Shown here: positions 29,914 to 40,797 of the stretch, piece by piece | Layout of the letters: every line of letters begins with the position of its first letter | Position numbering within the stretch: the stretch's first letter is position 1 | Source of the DNA: an uncultured Spirochaetia bacterium | GTDB taxonomy: Bacteria; Desulfobacterota_D; UBA1144; Nemesobacterales; UBA2774 | DNA: 64,000 nucleotides | NCBI GenBank assembly: GCA_964586675.1 | Contig: CAZPHQ010000009.1 | Coordinates: 16,216 to 80,215, forward strand | Direction: 5' to 3' | Notes under the pieces: model-generated | The model's input: only the letters and a program-made list of their open reading frames with translations | What the model was told of the DNA's origin: nothing | Database searches by the model: none | Position numbers and translations under genes: made by a program

Positions 29914-31470
29914 ATGGCGATGATGTCCCTGACCAAAACAGAATCTGGACCATATTTTTTCCCTGAAAAAGGGATGTACAGGTTGCTGCTGCTCTTCTTA
30001 ATCTTTTTAGCCGGCCTTGCGGTTCGCCTGAACGATATCAATATCCCTCCCATGGATTTTCATCCGATCCGCCAGTACCGTTCGTTCAAGCTCGCAAGGG
30101 CTCTTTATTTCGAATCCTCGGATTCCATCTCGCAAAGCGATAAAATCATTGCGGAGGCCGCGAAGCCTTTTCAGCTCGAACCCCCAATTCTGGATTACAT
30201 GACAGCCTTCCTCTACCATATTTTCGGCGGGGAAAACATGGTAATCCCGCAAATGCTCAGCATCCTGTTCTGGCTGTGCGCCGCCGTGCTGATACTCAAG
30301 CTCGCCGAAGACCTCATATCCCCCGACGCGGGGATAATAGCGGTTGCCTTTTTCCTGTTCCTGCCCTTTGGGATAAGGGCCAGCCGAAGTTTCCAGCCGG
30401 ACCCGCTCATGATAATGATGTTCGTGGCTTCGATCTATGCCATATACAAGTACTATTCTAATCCCTCAAACCGCCTGCTCGCGCTCGCGTGCGTGCTCTC
30501 GGGCCTTGCCGTTTTCGTAAAACCAGTATGCATCTTTCCCATTCTGGGCGCTTTCATGGCTTTGAGAATAGCCACCATGGATATCAGTAGCGTTTTTTTC
30601 AGGCGCGATGTATTCATATTCGCCGCAGCGATCATCGCACCGTCCGTTTTATATTACTGTTACGCTATTTTCATAACCGGACTTTTGAAGATCCAGGCCG
30701 ATCAGAGTTTCGTGCCGTCTTATTACCTCACATACCGTTACTGGCGTGACTGGTACCATCTGGTAAACGCCGTCATGGGTAGGTGGAGCGTAGCTTTATC
30801 TATTCTGGGAGTGCTACTATTACGGTCCAAAATACAAAGAGCGTTCCTTTTCGGTTTGTGGTCGGGTTATGTCGTTTACGGACTCTTCTTCACCCATCAT
30901 ATAAGCACTCACGATTACTACAGCCTTATGCTGATCCCTATCGGTGCTCTTTCGCTCGGCGGCCTGGGCTCGTTACTTCTGCAGGAGTTCAAATGGAGCA
31001 AAGGCATCCTCCGCTTTGCGGTATGGTGTGTATTCGTGGTTCCAATTCTCTTTACCATACGTGACGCAACCTGGCCGGCGAACGATGCGGATTTTCAAAA
31101 GACGATTAAAATGTACGAAGAGATCGGAGACCGCGTGAACCACAGCACAAATACGATTTTCCTCGACAAGTATTATGGAGACGTTCTCTTGTATTACGGC
31201 AAATTTGCAGGGAGGTATTGGCCGAACAGGGATGATTGGGAATTCGCAGATAGAAGCCATATAGAAAGAGGGAAAACCCTTCTGGATCACTATATAGCCA
31301 AAAAAGCCTACGAATATTTTATTGTCAGCAGCATGGAGGAGCTTGTGGATCAGCAGGATTTAAAAAAAGTGCTTGACGAGAGATATGTCGTTGTGGCGGC
31401 TACTCCCGATTACATCATTTACGATATGAAACAACATAAAACGCCTGCCGGCGGGAACGGCGATCGATAA
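29914..31470 (+). CDS. GT-C fold membrane glycosyltransferase (ArnT/PMT family 39-like)
   Basis: 518 aa. Roughly 11 TM helices in the N-terminal two thirds, then a soluble C-terminal domain. Resembles the dolichyl-phosphate-mannose/undecaprenyl-phosphate-sugar transferase family. Lower-GC block. Confidence 0.65.
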   Translation: MAMMSLTKTESGPYFFPEKGMYRLLLLFLIFLAGLAVRLNDINIPPMDFHPIRQYRSFKLARALYFESSDSISQSDKIIAEAAKPFQLEPPILDYMTAFLYHIFGGENMVIPQMLSILFWLCAAVLILKLAEDLISPDAGIIAVAFFLFLPFGIRASRSFQPDPLMIMMFVASIYAIYKYYSNPSNRLLALACVLSGLAVFVKPVCIFPILGAFMALRIATMDISSVFFRRDVFIFAAAIIAPSVLYYCYAIFITGLLKIQADQSFVPSYYLTYRYWRDWYHLVNAVMGRWSVALSILGVLLLRSKIQRAFLFGLWSGYVVYGLFFTHHISTHDYYSLMLIPIGALSLGGLGSLLLQEFKWSKGILRFAVWCVFVVPILFTIRDATWPANDADFQKTIKMYEEIGDRVNHSTNTIFLDKYYGDVLLYYGKFAGRYWPNRDDWEFADRSHIERGKTLLDHYIAKKAYEYFIVSSMEELVDQQDLKKVLDERYVVVAATPDYIIYDMKQHKTPAGGNGDR

Positions 31471-31515
31471 ATCCCGGAATCGGCACGCAGGGTAATAATT
31501 ATTGAGAGGCCTGTC

Positions 31516-31896
31516 ATGAGAAATAAATATGCAATTCTCGCGATAATTCTTCCGATCATTATACAGTTTACGGAACTCGCGGCGGCCGACGTGCCTCCGT
31601 CGCAGAAGCCCGAGGTCGAATTCCTTATAGAGACGGTACGCACGACCGACTGCAAATTCGACAGGAACGGCAAGAAATACGACGGCAAAAAGGCGGCCAG
31701 CCACCTCGAAAGAAAATACAACCATTACAAGGACGAGATAACCTCGACGGAAACCTTCATAGAATATGCCGCGACGAAAAGCATGATTACAGGCGCGGAT
31801 TACTACATCATATGCCCCGGGGCCGCGCCTGTAAGGTCGCAGGACTGGCTCCTCCAGAAGCTTTCGGAATTCAGGAAGAAAAACGAAGCGAACTGA
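31516..31896 (+). CDS. secreted DUF5329-like protein
   Basis: Signal peptide. ...C.F.RNGK.Y.G..A..HL.RKY..........TE.FIE.AA..S...G..Y.I.C.G pattern reminiscent of DUF5329. Confidence 0.5.
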   Translation: MRNKYAILAIILPIIIQFTELAAADVPPSQKPEVEFLIETVRTTDCKFDRNGKKYDGKKAASHLERKYNHYKDEITSTETFIEYAATKSMITGADYYIICPGAAPVRSQDWLLQKLSEFRKKNEAN

Positions 31897-31966
31897 AACG
31901 CCGTATTCACGCCTGTTTCGAAAAATTTTTTGTAAATCTCCCCCGCTCAATTAGAATAGATACCCC

Positions 31967-33976
31967 ATGGTTTTAGAGAAGCTGCCCAGGCCGGGCGAAG
32001 TAGTTCTGTTCAGAAAACGCCAGGAGCCGTCGCTCGGAATATTCTCGCACTTAGAAGGCGATAAGCTCCTTCTGTTTTCGGAAGAGGGACGCGAAATTAC
32101 CATAGAGCGCGAGAAGATAGCGTTTGTCAGCTCTTTGACAATAACCGGCGACCTCACTCAATCTGAAAAAAAACTCGCTCTCAGAGACGTCCGGAGAAAG
32201 CTCGACGAGGCCCGTGAAAATATAGACCTCGTCACAGTGTGGGAGTGTTTCGAGGGCGAAAAGCGCGAAGTCCCATACGAAGAGCTCGCGGAATTTTACT
32301 ACGCTGGAGGCGAGTCCGCGGGCATTGATACCGTCGCCTTTTTCTGGTCCGTGGACAAAAACGACATCTACTTCCGCCGGGGCGCTTCGGGCTACGAGCC
32401 CAGGACCCACGAGGAAGCCGCCGAGATAATCCATAAGAAGGATGTCGAGGAAAAGAAAAAAGAAGAGCGGGAAATGGCCATTCGGTGGGCGAAGGGAATA
32501 ATGTCGGGCCACGAGGATAATCCTGGCGGCTTTTCGCCCGACGGCTACATCGAGCTCCTTCGCGGCTATGTCATACACCTCGACAAGTTCGGCCGCGCAC
32601 CGGAAGCGAAATCGTTCCTCTCCGAGATAGGCATACGCGACCCCGAAGGGACGATCGAGTTTCTCATAAAGGCCGGAGGCTGGGGCGAGGACGAAGACCC
32701 GATGATAAAAAGGTTCTACGTCCGTGACGATTTTCCCGCCAGGGTCGAGGATGAAACGAAAAGGATAGTCTCCGAGCCGCTCCCGACCGAAGGCTTCCGC
32801 GATCTTACACATCTCGACATATTCTCGATAGACGACGAGAACACGGAAGACATAGACGACGCGCTCTCGGTCGAGGAAGCACCGGGGGGAGGCATGACTA
32901 TAGGCATACACATAGCCAACGTCGCCGGCCTTGTCCAGAAATGGGGCAACGCCGACGAGGAGGCGTCAAAGCGCGGCGAAACGATCTACCTCCCCGAAAA
33001 ACGGATACACATGTTCCCGCCCGATCTCGTAAAAGAAAGACTCTCGCTCGTGGAAGGCACGGAGCGCCTTTCGCTCTCGCTGATGGTCAATGTTGATCCC
33101 GAGCTCAACGTCAGGGGAACAGAATTCGCCGCTTCTGTAATCAAAGTCAATCGAAACATCACTTACAAACAGGGCACCGATTACTTTCTCAACGATCCCC
33201 TCGGCATGAGGATGCGGGAATTCGCTTTAAGGCTGAGAAATTCGCGGCTCGACTCCGGGGCGCTCATAGTCCAGCTCCCCCAGCTGAAGGTGAGGATAGG
33301 GGAGGGCGGCGCTATCTCGATAGAGAAGAACCCGATGAATTCCGAGGCGCACGTCGTCGTCGCCGAGATGATGATCCTCATGAACAGGACGGCCGGGAAA
33401 TTCCTCAAGGACAAGCGCATCCCCGCCATCTACCGCTCGCAGCCCGAGTCCGTAACAGAAGACGCGCGCGTCCTCGACGAAACGAACCCCCTCTATGCGC
33501 TCCAGATCGTGAAGTTCCTCCGGGCCCCCCGCGTCGGACTCGCCCCGGACGTCCACAGGTCGCTCGGTATAGACGTTTACACGCAGGTCACCTCGCCCAT
33601 AAGGCGCTACGCCGACCTTGTCATGCAGCGGCAGATAGTCTCGGAGCTCCTCGACGGCGAGCCGATGTATACAGAGGACGAGCTTGAAAATCTCTATCCG
33701 ATGATCGAGGTAGGAATACGCGACAAGAAAACCATAGAGCGGAACAGGGAGAGGTACTGGATTTATAAACACCTGAAGTTGCTCGAGGGGACCGCCATAA
33801 ACGGCATAGTCAGCTCTACGGCCGGGAAGAGGGTTGCGGTATATCTTCCGGACTATCTATTCGAGACGACAGTCAGCCATGGGCAGGAAACCGCCGTAAC
33901 GGAAGGCGACAACGTGCGGCTTTTCGTGACGAAAGTCGATCCTTTAAGACGTATACTGACCCTTTCGCTGACGTAA
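31967..33976 (+). CDS. RNB-domain exoribonuclease (RNase II / RNase R family)
   Basis: RNB catalytic core (…DIFSIDDENTEDIDDALSVE…IHIANV…) and a C-terminal S1-like domain. Confidence 0.85.
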   Translation: MVLEKLPRPGEVVLFRKRQEPSLGIFSHLEGDKLLLFSEEGREITIEREKIAFVSSLTITGDLTQSEKKLALRDVRRKLDEARENIDLVTVWECFEGEKREVPYEELAEFYYAGGESAGIDTVAFFWSVDKNDIYFRRGASGYEPRTHEEAAEIIHKKDVEEKKKEEREMAIRWAKGIMSGHEDNPGGFSPDGYIELLRGYVIHLDKFGRAPEAKSFLSEIGIRDPEGTIEFLIKAGGWGEDEDPMIKRFYVRDDFPARVEDETKRIVSEPLPTEGFRDLTHLDIFSIDDENTEDIDDALSVEEAPGGGMTIGIHIANVAGLVQKWGNADEEASKRGETIYLPEKRIHMFPPDLVKERLSLVEGTERLSLSLMVNVDPELNVRGTEFAASVIKVNRNITYKQGTDYFLNDPLGMRMREFALRLRNSRLDSGALIVQLPQLKVRIGEGGAISIEKNPMNSEAHVVVAEMMILMNRTAGKFLKDKRIPAIYRSQPESVTEDARVLDETNPLYALQIVKFLRAPRVGLAPDVHRSLGIDVYTQVTSPIRRYADLVMQRQIVSELLDGEPMYTEDELENLYPMIEVGIRDKKTIERNRERYWIYKHLKLLEGTAINGIVSSTAGKRVAVYLPDYLFETTVSHGQETAVTEGDNVRLFVTKVDPLRRILTLSLT

Positions 33977-34165
33977 ACTGCTTAGCTTATCATCAGATTG
34001 GCGCTCACAGGTACTGTACGGTTCGCTCTACAATCCTGCGCCAAGTCAATAGGCCAGCCAAATACTTAAAGTCATTAGTGAAGTATTATTAATCACATAA
34101 TATCAATAGATTATACTGCATACCTACAACAATTTATATCTCGAAAGCCTTCTGCTCTATACCAC

Positions 34166-35560
34166 TTAAGGCTGATTTTTCAGGGCTTCAAGTATTTCTT
34201 CAAGGCTCGTATACTTGAGCCTCGGCCTGCCAGCCGCCTTTCCGCGCTCTATTTCAAGGACATCCAGCCTTAGCCAGTCCTGGTAAGTTATGTGGTCCGG
34301 CTGGCAGTCCTTTATAAACGCCTCAAGACTGCCCCTGTCCGGGCTTTCGGGCCGAATGAGCTTCCCCGATTTTATATCTTCCACAATGCACTCTACCGTC
34401 TCGCCGGAATCCTGCTTGTTGGTGCCTATCACGCCCGAAGGCCCGCGCTTTATCCACCCGGTGGCGTAGAGCCCGTCGAGGTGCTCGCTTGTTCCCGGGT
34501 CGGTGACGCGCCCCTTCTCGTTATGTATCACACCCCACTTCTCGTGGAACGGAACCTCCGGAAGCGGCACGCCGTGATAGCCTATCGAGCGGAATACGAT
34601 CCCGGCTTCGAGCTCCTCGTATTCTTCAGTCGAGCGGGAGCGTATCTCCCCGTTATCGTCCCTGTAGAGCTCGTTCTTAACCAGCTTGACGCCTCTTACC
34701 CTGCCGTTCTCGTCCCCCAGTATTTCGACAGGCGAAACTAAGAACCTTATGTGAAGCTGCCTCTGCTTGACATGCCCGGCCGGATCGCAGAACGATTTCA
34801 GAATCTCTATCTTGTTTATGGTCGACTGGTCCTTCGACGTTTCGAGCTCGGCTTTGGTCTCTGCGTCGAGCTCGACCTCGTGCGGCAGCGTCACAGCATG
34901 CGCGTCCATCATCTTGCCGAGCTCTCTAACCTCGGGGTTCGTGAAGGCTGCCTGCATCGGGCCTCTTCTGCCGAGTAGATAGACTTCCCTGATTTCGCTT
35001 TGGTTAAGTGCGGCGAGGGCGTAGTCGGCGATGTCCGTTTCTTTCAGCTCTTCCTCCGTCCGGCACAGTATTCGGGCGACATCTATCGCCACGTTCCCGA
35101 CGCCTATTACGACGGCCCTTTTAACGGAGAGGTCGAAGTCGAGGTTCCTGTAATCCGGGTGCCCGTTATACCACGCGACGAACTCCGTCGCCGTGTGGCT
35201 CCCTTTCAAATCCTCTCCGGGGATGCCGAGCTTTCTGTCTGTCTGCGCCCCGGTCGCGAATATTATAACGTGGTAAAAACGCTTCAGATCCGAAAGCCCG
35301 AGGTGCTTTCCGAACTCGACGTTCCCGTAAAACCTTACCTTCGGATGTGTCGCTATCTTGTCGTAAACCTTCGTCACGGATTTTATCTTCTGATGGTCCG
35401 GCGCGACGCCCGATCTTACCAATCCGTGCGGCGTGGGCAGCCTGTCGAATATGTCTATCTCGAAGTCGTGCTCCGTTCTTTTAAGCAAATGCTCGGCCGC
35501 GTAGAAGCCGGCCGGTCCCGAGCCGATTATTGCGACCCTTATCGTATCGTTCATCTTCAC
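34166..35560 (-). CDS. FprA-type (adrenodoxin-reductase-like) NADPH-dependent ferredoxin reductase
   Basis: N-terminal VAIIGSGPAGFYAA FAD-binding Rossmann. Second Rossmann VVIGVGNVAIDVAR. Confidence 0.8.
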   Translation of the reverse strand: MKMNDTIRVAIIGSGPAGFYAAEHLLKRTEHDFEIDIFDRLPTPHGLVRSGVAPDHQKIKSVTKVYDKIATHPKVRFYGNVEFGKHLGLSDLKRFYHVIIFATGAQTDRKLGIPGEDLKGSHTATEFVAWYNGHPDYRNLDFDLSVKRAVVIGVGNVAIDVARILCRTEEELKETDIADYALAALNQSEIREVYLLGRRGPMQAAFTNPEVRELGKMMDAHAVTLPHEVELDAETKAELETSKDQSTINKIEILKSFCDPAGHVKQRQLHIRFLVSPVEILGDENGRVRGVKLVKNELYRDDNGEIRSRSTEEYEELEAGIVFRSIGYHGVPLPEVPFHEKWGVIHNEKGRVTDPGTSEHLDGLYATGWIKRGPSGVIGTNKQDSGETVECIVEDIKSGKLIRPESPDRGSLEAFIKDCQPDHITYQDWLRLDVLEIERGKAAGRPRLKYTSLEEILEALKNQP

Positions 35561-35937
35561 TGCTCCGTTAGATTATGTAGTTCTCTTAGTGTCGGTCCTC
35601 ATAAAAAGAGCTTCAGCCTGGAAACGGAAATCCCCGCGGGGCCACGGGACTCTGAAAATTTCGTTGACTAGTTGTGCATAGTTCTTTTTACCAAGTATTA
35701 TAATTTAGATGAAATAAATATACCAAAAATTCCGGCCCGGCGGGTGTACGCCGGCCATACCGCGCCCTCAGCGGTTGTTTATACCATTTAATTAAGCCCG
35801 GTTTTTCCGGGCATGATGCGCGCCCCAAGGCAGCCCCTGGTGGCTCACTCCCGGGGCGGGGCGTTCGAAGACAAAACGGAAAGAGTAGTATCCGGGAATC
35901 CCGGAATGCAGCGCCAATAAATACCGGTAAAGAACGT

Positions 35938-38265
35938 ATGCACGCCAAAACCCGGCCAGGCACATCTTCTAAAAAGACTATAGACAGGGCGGATTTCCAC
36001 CTCAAAATCGTTCAGGAAATAAGCGACCTCGTAAACACCTCCACAGGGCTCAACATCATCTTGAAAAAGGTCGTCAACAAGATTGCCGTCTCGCTCCGGC
36101 TCGACGTCGTCTCCGTTTATCTCTGGGACCCGGAAAGGAAACTGCTCACGCTGAGATCGACGAAGGGGCTGAACGTCGACCCTCTCCGTCATCCGATAAC
36201 GCTGAGCCCAGAAGAGGGACTCACGGGCCTCGTCTTCGAAACCTCGCGTCCTATAACCGTGATGCCCGCCTCCGAGCACCCGCGCTACAAGTACTTTCCC
36301 GAGATAGGCGAGGAAGAGTACGAAAGCTACATCGGCGTCCCGATACTCCTTCAGAACCGCTGCATAGGCGTCCTCGTCGGCCAGACGAAAGAAAAGCGCC
36401 TGATTAATCCGGCCGAGGAAACCCTCTTCCAGATAATCGCGTCTAGGCTCGCGGGGCTCCTCGAAGTCGCCGACAGGCTCGAGCGTCTGAAAACTCCTTC
36501 GATCGTAAAACACGAGACGAGGACATACCAGGGTAAGGGCGTTTCTAACGGCGTCGCCATAGGCAACGTCTTCATATTCCGCGGACTCTTCCAGCAGGTG
36601 AATACCGAGAAGCTCACGGCCTCGACTCCCGCCGTCGAGCGGAAAAGGCTCGAGCAGGCGTTTCAGGAAGTCGAGCTCGATCTCAAAAGCCTGATCGAAA
36701 CGCTCGACTCGGAGGCCGTCCTCTCACGCGAAGAGATAGACATATTCCGGGCGCACTTTCTCATACTCCGCGGCTCGACCCTGAGAAAGGCCGTCATGGG
36801 CAAGCTAGAAGGCGGCAATATAGCCGCCGAGATGGCGGTCATAGAGGGCATCGAGGCCATAGCCCAGCAGTTCGAGGCCATGAGCGACAAGTATCTTCAA
36901 GAGAAGGCGCAGGACTTCCGCGACATCGGCGAGCGTCTCCTTCACGAGCTCATAACCCACACCACCGGCGCCAAGGCCGCTGCAGAGCCTAAAGACGGCT
37001 CCATACTGGTCGCCTACGAGATCGGCCCCTCGTTCATATCGATGCTTCTCAAAAATAAAGTCTCCGCCGTCGTCATAGAAAAGGGCGGCGAGACCTCTCA
37101 CGCCATAATAATAGCGAAGTCCCTGGGCATCCCCGCAGTCGTCGGAATAGACAACATAAGCAGGCTCCTCCGCTCCGGAGAAAAGGCTATAGTAGACGGC
37201 AAAACGGGCTTCATATTCTCTAACCCCGACGAAAGCCTCATCGCCGAATACCAGAACACCTACTCCCGCATGGTGAAGGTGAAAGAGGAGATCGAGCAGG
37301 CGGCCATGGACGCCTCTAAAGACCCCGGCCTCGGCATAAAGATATCCGTCAACATCGGCTTCCCTATAGACGTTCAGCTCGCCAAGCAATACGGCATAAA
37401 AGACGTCGGCCTCTTCAGGACGGAATTCGCCTTCAGCCAGTACGCGAAGTGGCCGGGCGTCCGTCAGCAGGCGCGCATATACAAGAACATAGGCGACGCT
37501 TTCGAGGGCTACGTCACGATCCGAACCCTCGACATCGGGGCCGACAAGCTCCTTCCCTATTTCGAATTCCCGAGGGAAGACAACCCGCTCCTCGGCCTCC
37601 GGGCGATAAGGTTCTCGATGGAATATCTGGAGCTTTTCAAGGACCAGCTCCGGGCTATTCTCCTCGCAGCGAAGAAGGGCTCCAGGTTCAGGATACTCCT
37701 CCCGATGATAACGAACCTCTGGGAGGTCGAAACGGCGAGGGATATAATCGACGACCTCGTAAAGGAAATAGGGGTCCCGGAATCCGACGTCCCGCCGCTC
37801 GGGATAATGATGGAAGTGCCTGCGATACTCTACCAGCTCGACGACTACAAGAGCATGATAGATTTCGTCTCCGTCGGCACGAACGACCTCATACAATATA
37901 TACTGGCCGTCGACAGGAATTCGAACGTCGTCGGACACCTCTACTCTGGCTTTCATCCCGCGGTGCTGAGGGTGCTCGACGATATATACTACAAAACCCG
38001 TCATTCCGGCATGGACGTCTCCGTCTGCGGCGAGCTCGCGGGCACGCCGTCCGGAGCGCTCGGCCTCATAGCCCTCGGCTTCAAGCAGCTCAGCGTTTCG
38101 CCGTCTAACCTGCCTTATGTAAGGTTCCTCTGCAACAAGGTGGATAAGTACATGCTGAGCACCGTCAGAAGAGACATACTCAACCTCAAGAAAAACAGCG
38201 AGATCGAGCGTTATCTCATAGAGGCGCTCGAATCCATACACCCCGCACTGATTGAAATCGAATAG
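35938..38265 (+). CDS. ptsP: phosphoenolpyruvate--protein phosphotransferase PtsP (GAF domain + enzyme I-Ntr)
   Basis: N-terminal GAF domain, PEP-utilising phosphohistidine domain, and TIM-barrel PEP-binding domain (…GGETSHAIIIA…). Confidence 0.9.
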   Translation: MHAKTRPGTSSKKTIDRADFHLKIVQEISDLVNTSTGLNIILKKVVNKIAVSLRLDVVSVYLWDPERKLLTLRSTKGLNVDPLRHPITLSPEEGLTGLVFETSRPITVMPASEHPRYKYFPEIGEEEYESYIGVPILLQNRCIGVLVGQTKEKRLINPAEETLFQIIASRLAGLLEVADRLERLKTPSIVKHETRTYQGKGVSNGVAIGNVFIFRGLFQQVNTEKLTASTPAVERKRLEQAFQEVELDLKSLIETLDSEAVLSREEIDIFRAHFLILRGSTLRKAVMGKLEGGNIAAEMAVIEGIEAIAQQFEAMSDKYLQEKAQDFRDIGERLLHELITHTTGAKAAAEPKDGSILVAYEIGPSFISMLLKNKVSAVVIEKGGETSHAIIIAKSLGIPAVVGIDNISRLLRSGEKAIVDGKTGFIFSNPDESLIAEYQNTYSRMVKVKEEIEQAAMDASKDPGLGIKISVNIGFPIDVQLAKQYGIKDVGLFRTEFAFSQYAKWPGVRQQARIYKNIGDAFEGYVTIRTLDIGADKLLPYFEFPREDNPLLGLRAIRFSMEYLELFKDQLRAILLAAKKGSRFRILLPMITNLWEVETARDIIDDLVKEIGVPESDVPPLGIMMEVPAILYQLDDYKSMIDFVSVGTNDLIQYILAVDRNSNVVGHLYSGFHPAVLRVLDDIYYKTRHSGMDVSVCGELAGTPSGALGLIALGFKQLSVSPSNLPYVRFLCNKVDKYMLSTVRRDILNLKKNSEIERYLIEALESIHPALIEIE

Positions 38266-38323
38266 CCCTTCTGCGCCGCCGCTTTCAATTTCGCGGCGCT
38301 AGTGTAACTTTTACTCCCTGTCC

Positions 38324-39232
38324 ATGAGGCCCCGGAAAATACACGTAATCCTTTTTCTGCTGACGGTTCTGACGACGTTCCTGACGGGGCTCGGCATGTG
38401 GGGGAGCTACCTCAATGCCGCGCTCTTCTCCGGGGCGCTTCTCTTCATACTGGGCGCCCACGAAATGGGGCACTACTTTTACGGCAGGAAATATGGAATA
38501 GACATCACACCGCCCTATTTCATCCCGGCCCCGCCCGTAATCTCCCCGATAGGCACATTCGGCGCATTCATAAAGATAAAATCCCCCATATATTCCAAGA
38601 AGGCCCTCTTCGACATAGGCATCGCGGGCCCGCTCGCGGGGATCATAGCCACGATACCGATAATGATAGCGGGGATAGCGCTGTCGACGTTCGTCAACCC
38701 CGAAAATGTCAACGGGAATGGCGGCTACATGCTCGGCATCCCGCTTATATTCGGATTCGTGGCCGAAACCATATTAGGCCCCGTGCCCGAAGGGCAGAAC
38801 ATATTCCTCCACCCACTGGCCTTCGCCGGGTGGGTGGGGCTTTTCGTAACGGCACTTAACCTGATCCCCTGCGGTCAGCTCGACGGCGGCCACATCGTTT
38901 ACGCCCTCTTTTCGAAGCGTTTTCACAAGATAGTCTCCGGGCTCATGATAGCCGTCCTGTTCGTGTTCGGCGTCGGGACAGAACCGCTCCTGGCCCTCGC
39001 GGAGAAATACGGCGGCGCGGCTGTCGCGCCGTATCTCGCCCACGTGCCCGTCTTCGGGGGCTGGCCGGGCTGGGTCCTCTGGGCGGCCCTCCTCACGCTC
39101 ATGGGTACGCGCCACCCGCCGACATACTATGAAGACGGCGGACTCGGAGCCGGCAGGATGGCCCTCGGCCTCCTCTCGCTCCTCATATTCGTAGGGTGCA
39201 TTTCGCCCGTGCCTATCTCGCTGGCGTATTAA
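38324..39232 (+). CDS. site-2 protease family (peptidase M50) intramembrane metalloprotease
   Basis: HEMGH zinc motif inside a TM helix. Multi-pass membrane protein. Confidence 0.85.
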   Translation: MRPRKIHVILFLLTVLTTFLTGLGMWGSYLNAALFSGALLFILGAHEMGHYFYGRKYGIDITPPYFIPAPPVISPIGTFGAFIKIKSPIYSKKALFDIGIAGPLAGIIATIPIMIAGIALSTFVNPENVNGNGGYMLGIPLIFGFVAETILGPVPEGQNIFLHPLAFAGWVGLFVTALNLIPCGQLDGGHIVYALFSKRFHKIVSGLMIAVLFVFGVGTEPLLALAEKYGGAAVAPYLAHVPVFGGWPGWVLWAALLTLMGTRHPPTYYEDGGLGAGRMALGLLSLLIFVGCISPVPISLAY

Positions 39233-39473
39233 ATAGAGAGGGTCGAACCGGGTTCGGCTGCCCGGGGTCCGGCGACTGGAAGCGACGTCATTTAACCGGC
39301 GCACGTGGCCGTTTATATAGCCCAGTGTCTAAATTTCGGACAATATTGAAAAACTCGTGAGTTAAGGTAAGTTTACTTGTCCGAACCGCCGTCCGTTCCG
39401 GATCGTGCTCCGTTTTTTAGCTTTAAAACAACTTGGATAACAAAAGGAAAACAGCTAACAGGAGGGATTTACA

Positions 39474-40766
39474 GTGGCACAGAAAGATACATTAACCATA
39501 ACCGATAACCGGACTGGTAAAACGTACGAGATACCTATCACGCACGATACCATCCGGGCGAGCGATCTCAACCAGATAAGGGTCAATCCTGACGATTTCG
39601 GGATGATGAGCTACGATCCCGCGTTCGGTAACACAGCCGCCTGTATCAGCCGCGTAACCTACATCGACGGCGACAAGGGCGAGCTCATCTACAGGGGCTA
39701 CCCGATAGAAGTCCTGGCGGAAAAGAGCAACTATCTTGAAGTCGCTTACTTACTCCTGAACGGCGATCTGCCAACGCAGGCCCAGTACGACCAGTGGGTC
39801 CACGACATTACACATCACACAATAGTGCATGAGAACATAAAGAGGTTCATGGACGGCTTCCGCTACGACGCGCATCCGATGGGAATGCTCCTCGGAACGG
39901 TCGGCGCGCTTTCGACTTTCTACCCAGAAGCCAAGGACATATTCAACAAGGAAGTGCGCGATATACAGGTCCACAGGCTCATAGCGAAGATGCCGACGAT
40001 GGCGGCCTTCGCATACCGTCATGCAATGGGCATGCCCTACGTTTACCCCGACAACGACCTTTCCTACGCAGGAAACTTCCTCAACATGATGTTCAAGATG
40101 ACAGAGCTTAAATACGTTCCGGACCCTGTAATTGAAAGGGCGGTCGATATCCTCTTCATCCTCCATGCGGACCACGAGCAGAACTGCAGCGCGAGCGCCA
40201 TGCGTAACGTCGGCAGCTCTCTCCCCGATCCGTATTCGGCGACGGCTGCGGCCATCGCCGCGCTCTACGGCCCGCTCCACGGCGGCGCCAACGAGGGCGT
40301 TCTCCAGATGCTGAAGGAGATCGGCTCTGTCGACAAGATCCCCGAATACATCAAGCGCGCGAAGGCCGGCGAGTTCAGGCTCATGGGCTTCGGACACCGC
40401 GTCTACAAATCCTACGACCCGAGAGCGAAGATAATAAAAGAAGCCGCCTACGAAGTTTTCGAGGCCAAGGGCAAGAACCCGCTCCTCGACATTGCGCTCG
40501 AACTGGAGCGTATCGCTCTCGAAGACGATTACTTTGTAAAACGTAAGCTCTACCCGAACGTCGACTTCTATTCCGGCCTTATCTACCAGAGCCTTGGAAT
40601 CCCGGTCGAGATGTTCACAGTCATGTTCGCCATAGCGCGTACTTCCGGATGGCTCGCCCAGTGGATAGAGCTCCTCGAAGACCCGGAGAGAAGGATCGCC
40701 CGTCCGAGGCAGATCTATCTTGGCGAGAAAGACAGGAAGTATGTGCCGATAGGAAAGAGGAAGTAA
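39474..40766 (+). CDS. gltA: citrate synthase
   Basis: 430 aa, collinear with type II citrate synthases. GTG start with AGGAGGGA RBS. Confidence 0.95.
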   Translation: MAQKDTLTITDNRTGKTYEIPITHDTIRASDLNQIRVNPDDFGMMSYDPAFGNTAACISRVTYIDGDKGELIYRGYPIEVLAEKSNYLEVAYLLLNGDLPTQAQYDQWVHDITHHTIVHENIKRFMDGFRYDAHPMGMLLGTVGALSTFYPEAKDIFNKEVRDIQVHRLIAKMPTMAAFAYRHAMGMPYVYPDNDLSYAGNFLNMMFKMTELKYVPDPVIERAVDILFILHADHEQNCSASAMRNVGSSLPDPYSATAAAIAALYGPLHGGANEGVLQMLKEIGSVDKIPEYIKRAKAGEFRLMGFGHRVYKSYDPRAKIIKEAAYEVFEAKGKNPLLDIALELERIALEDDYFVKRKLYPNVDFYSGLIYQSLGIPVEMFTVMFAIARTSGWLAQWIELLEDPERRIARPRQIYLGEKDRKYVPIGKRK

Positions 40767-40797
40767 CACTGGCGGATTTTGACAGAGAAGGCGTCGG

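Noticed and set aside
36805-38241. Long antisense ORFs (478 aa here; also 2831..3709, 7161..8024, 9160..9930, 12080..12883, 20718..21587, 50110..51273, 52431..53888)
   Set aside because: These lie opposite well-supported conserved genes (ptsP, proS, clpB, acyl-CoA DH, ABC ATPase, nrdA, lpd). Their Arg/Gly/Glu-rich composition is typical of high-GC antisense frames. They show no motifs.
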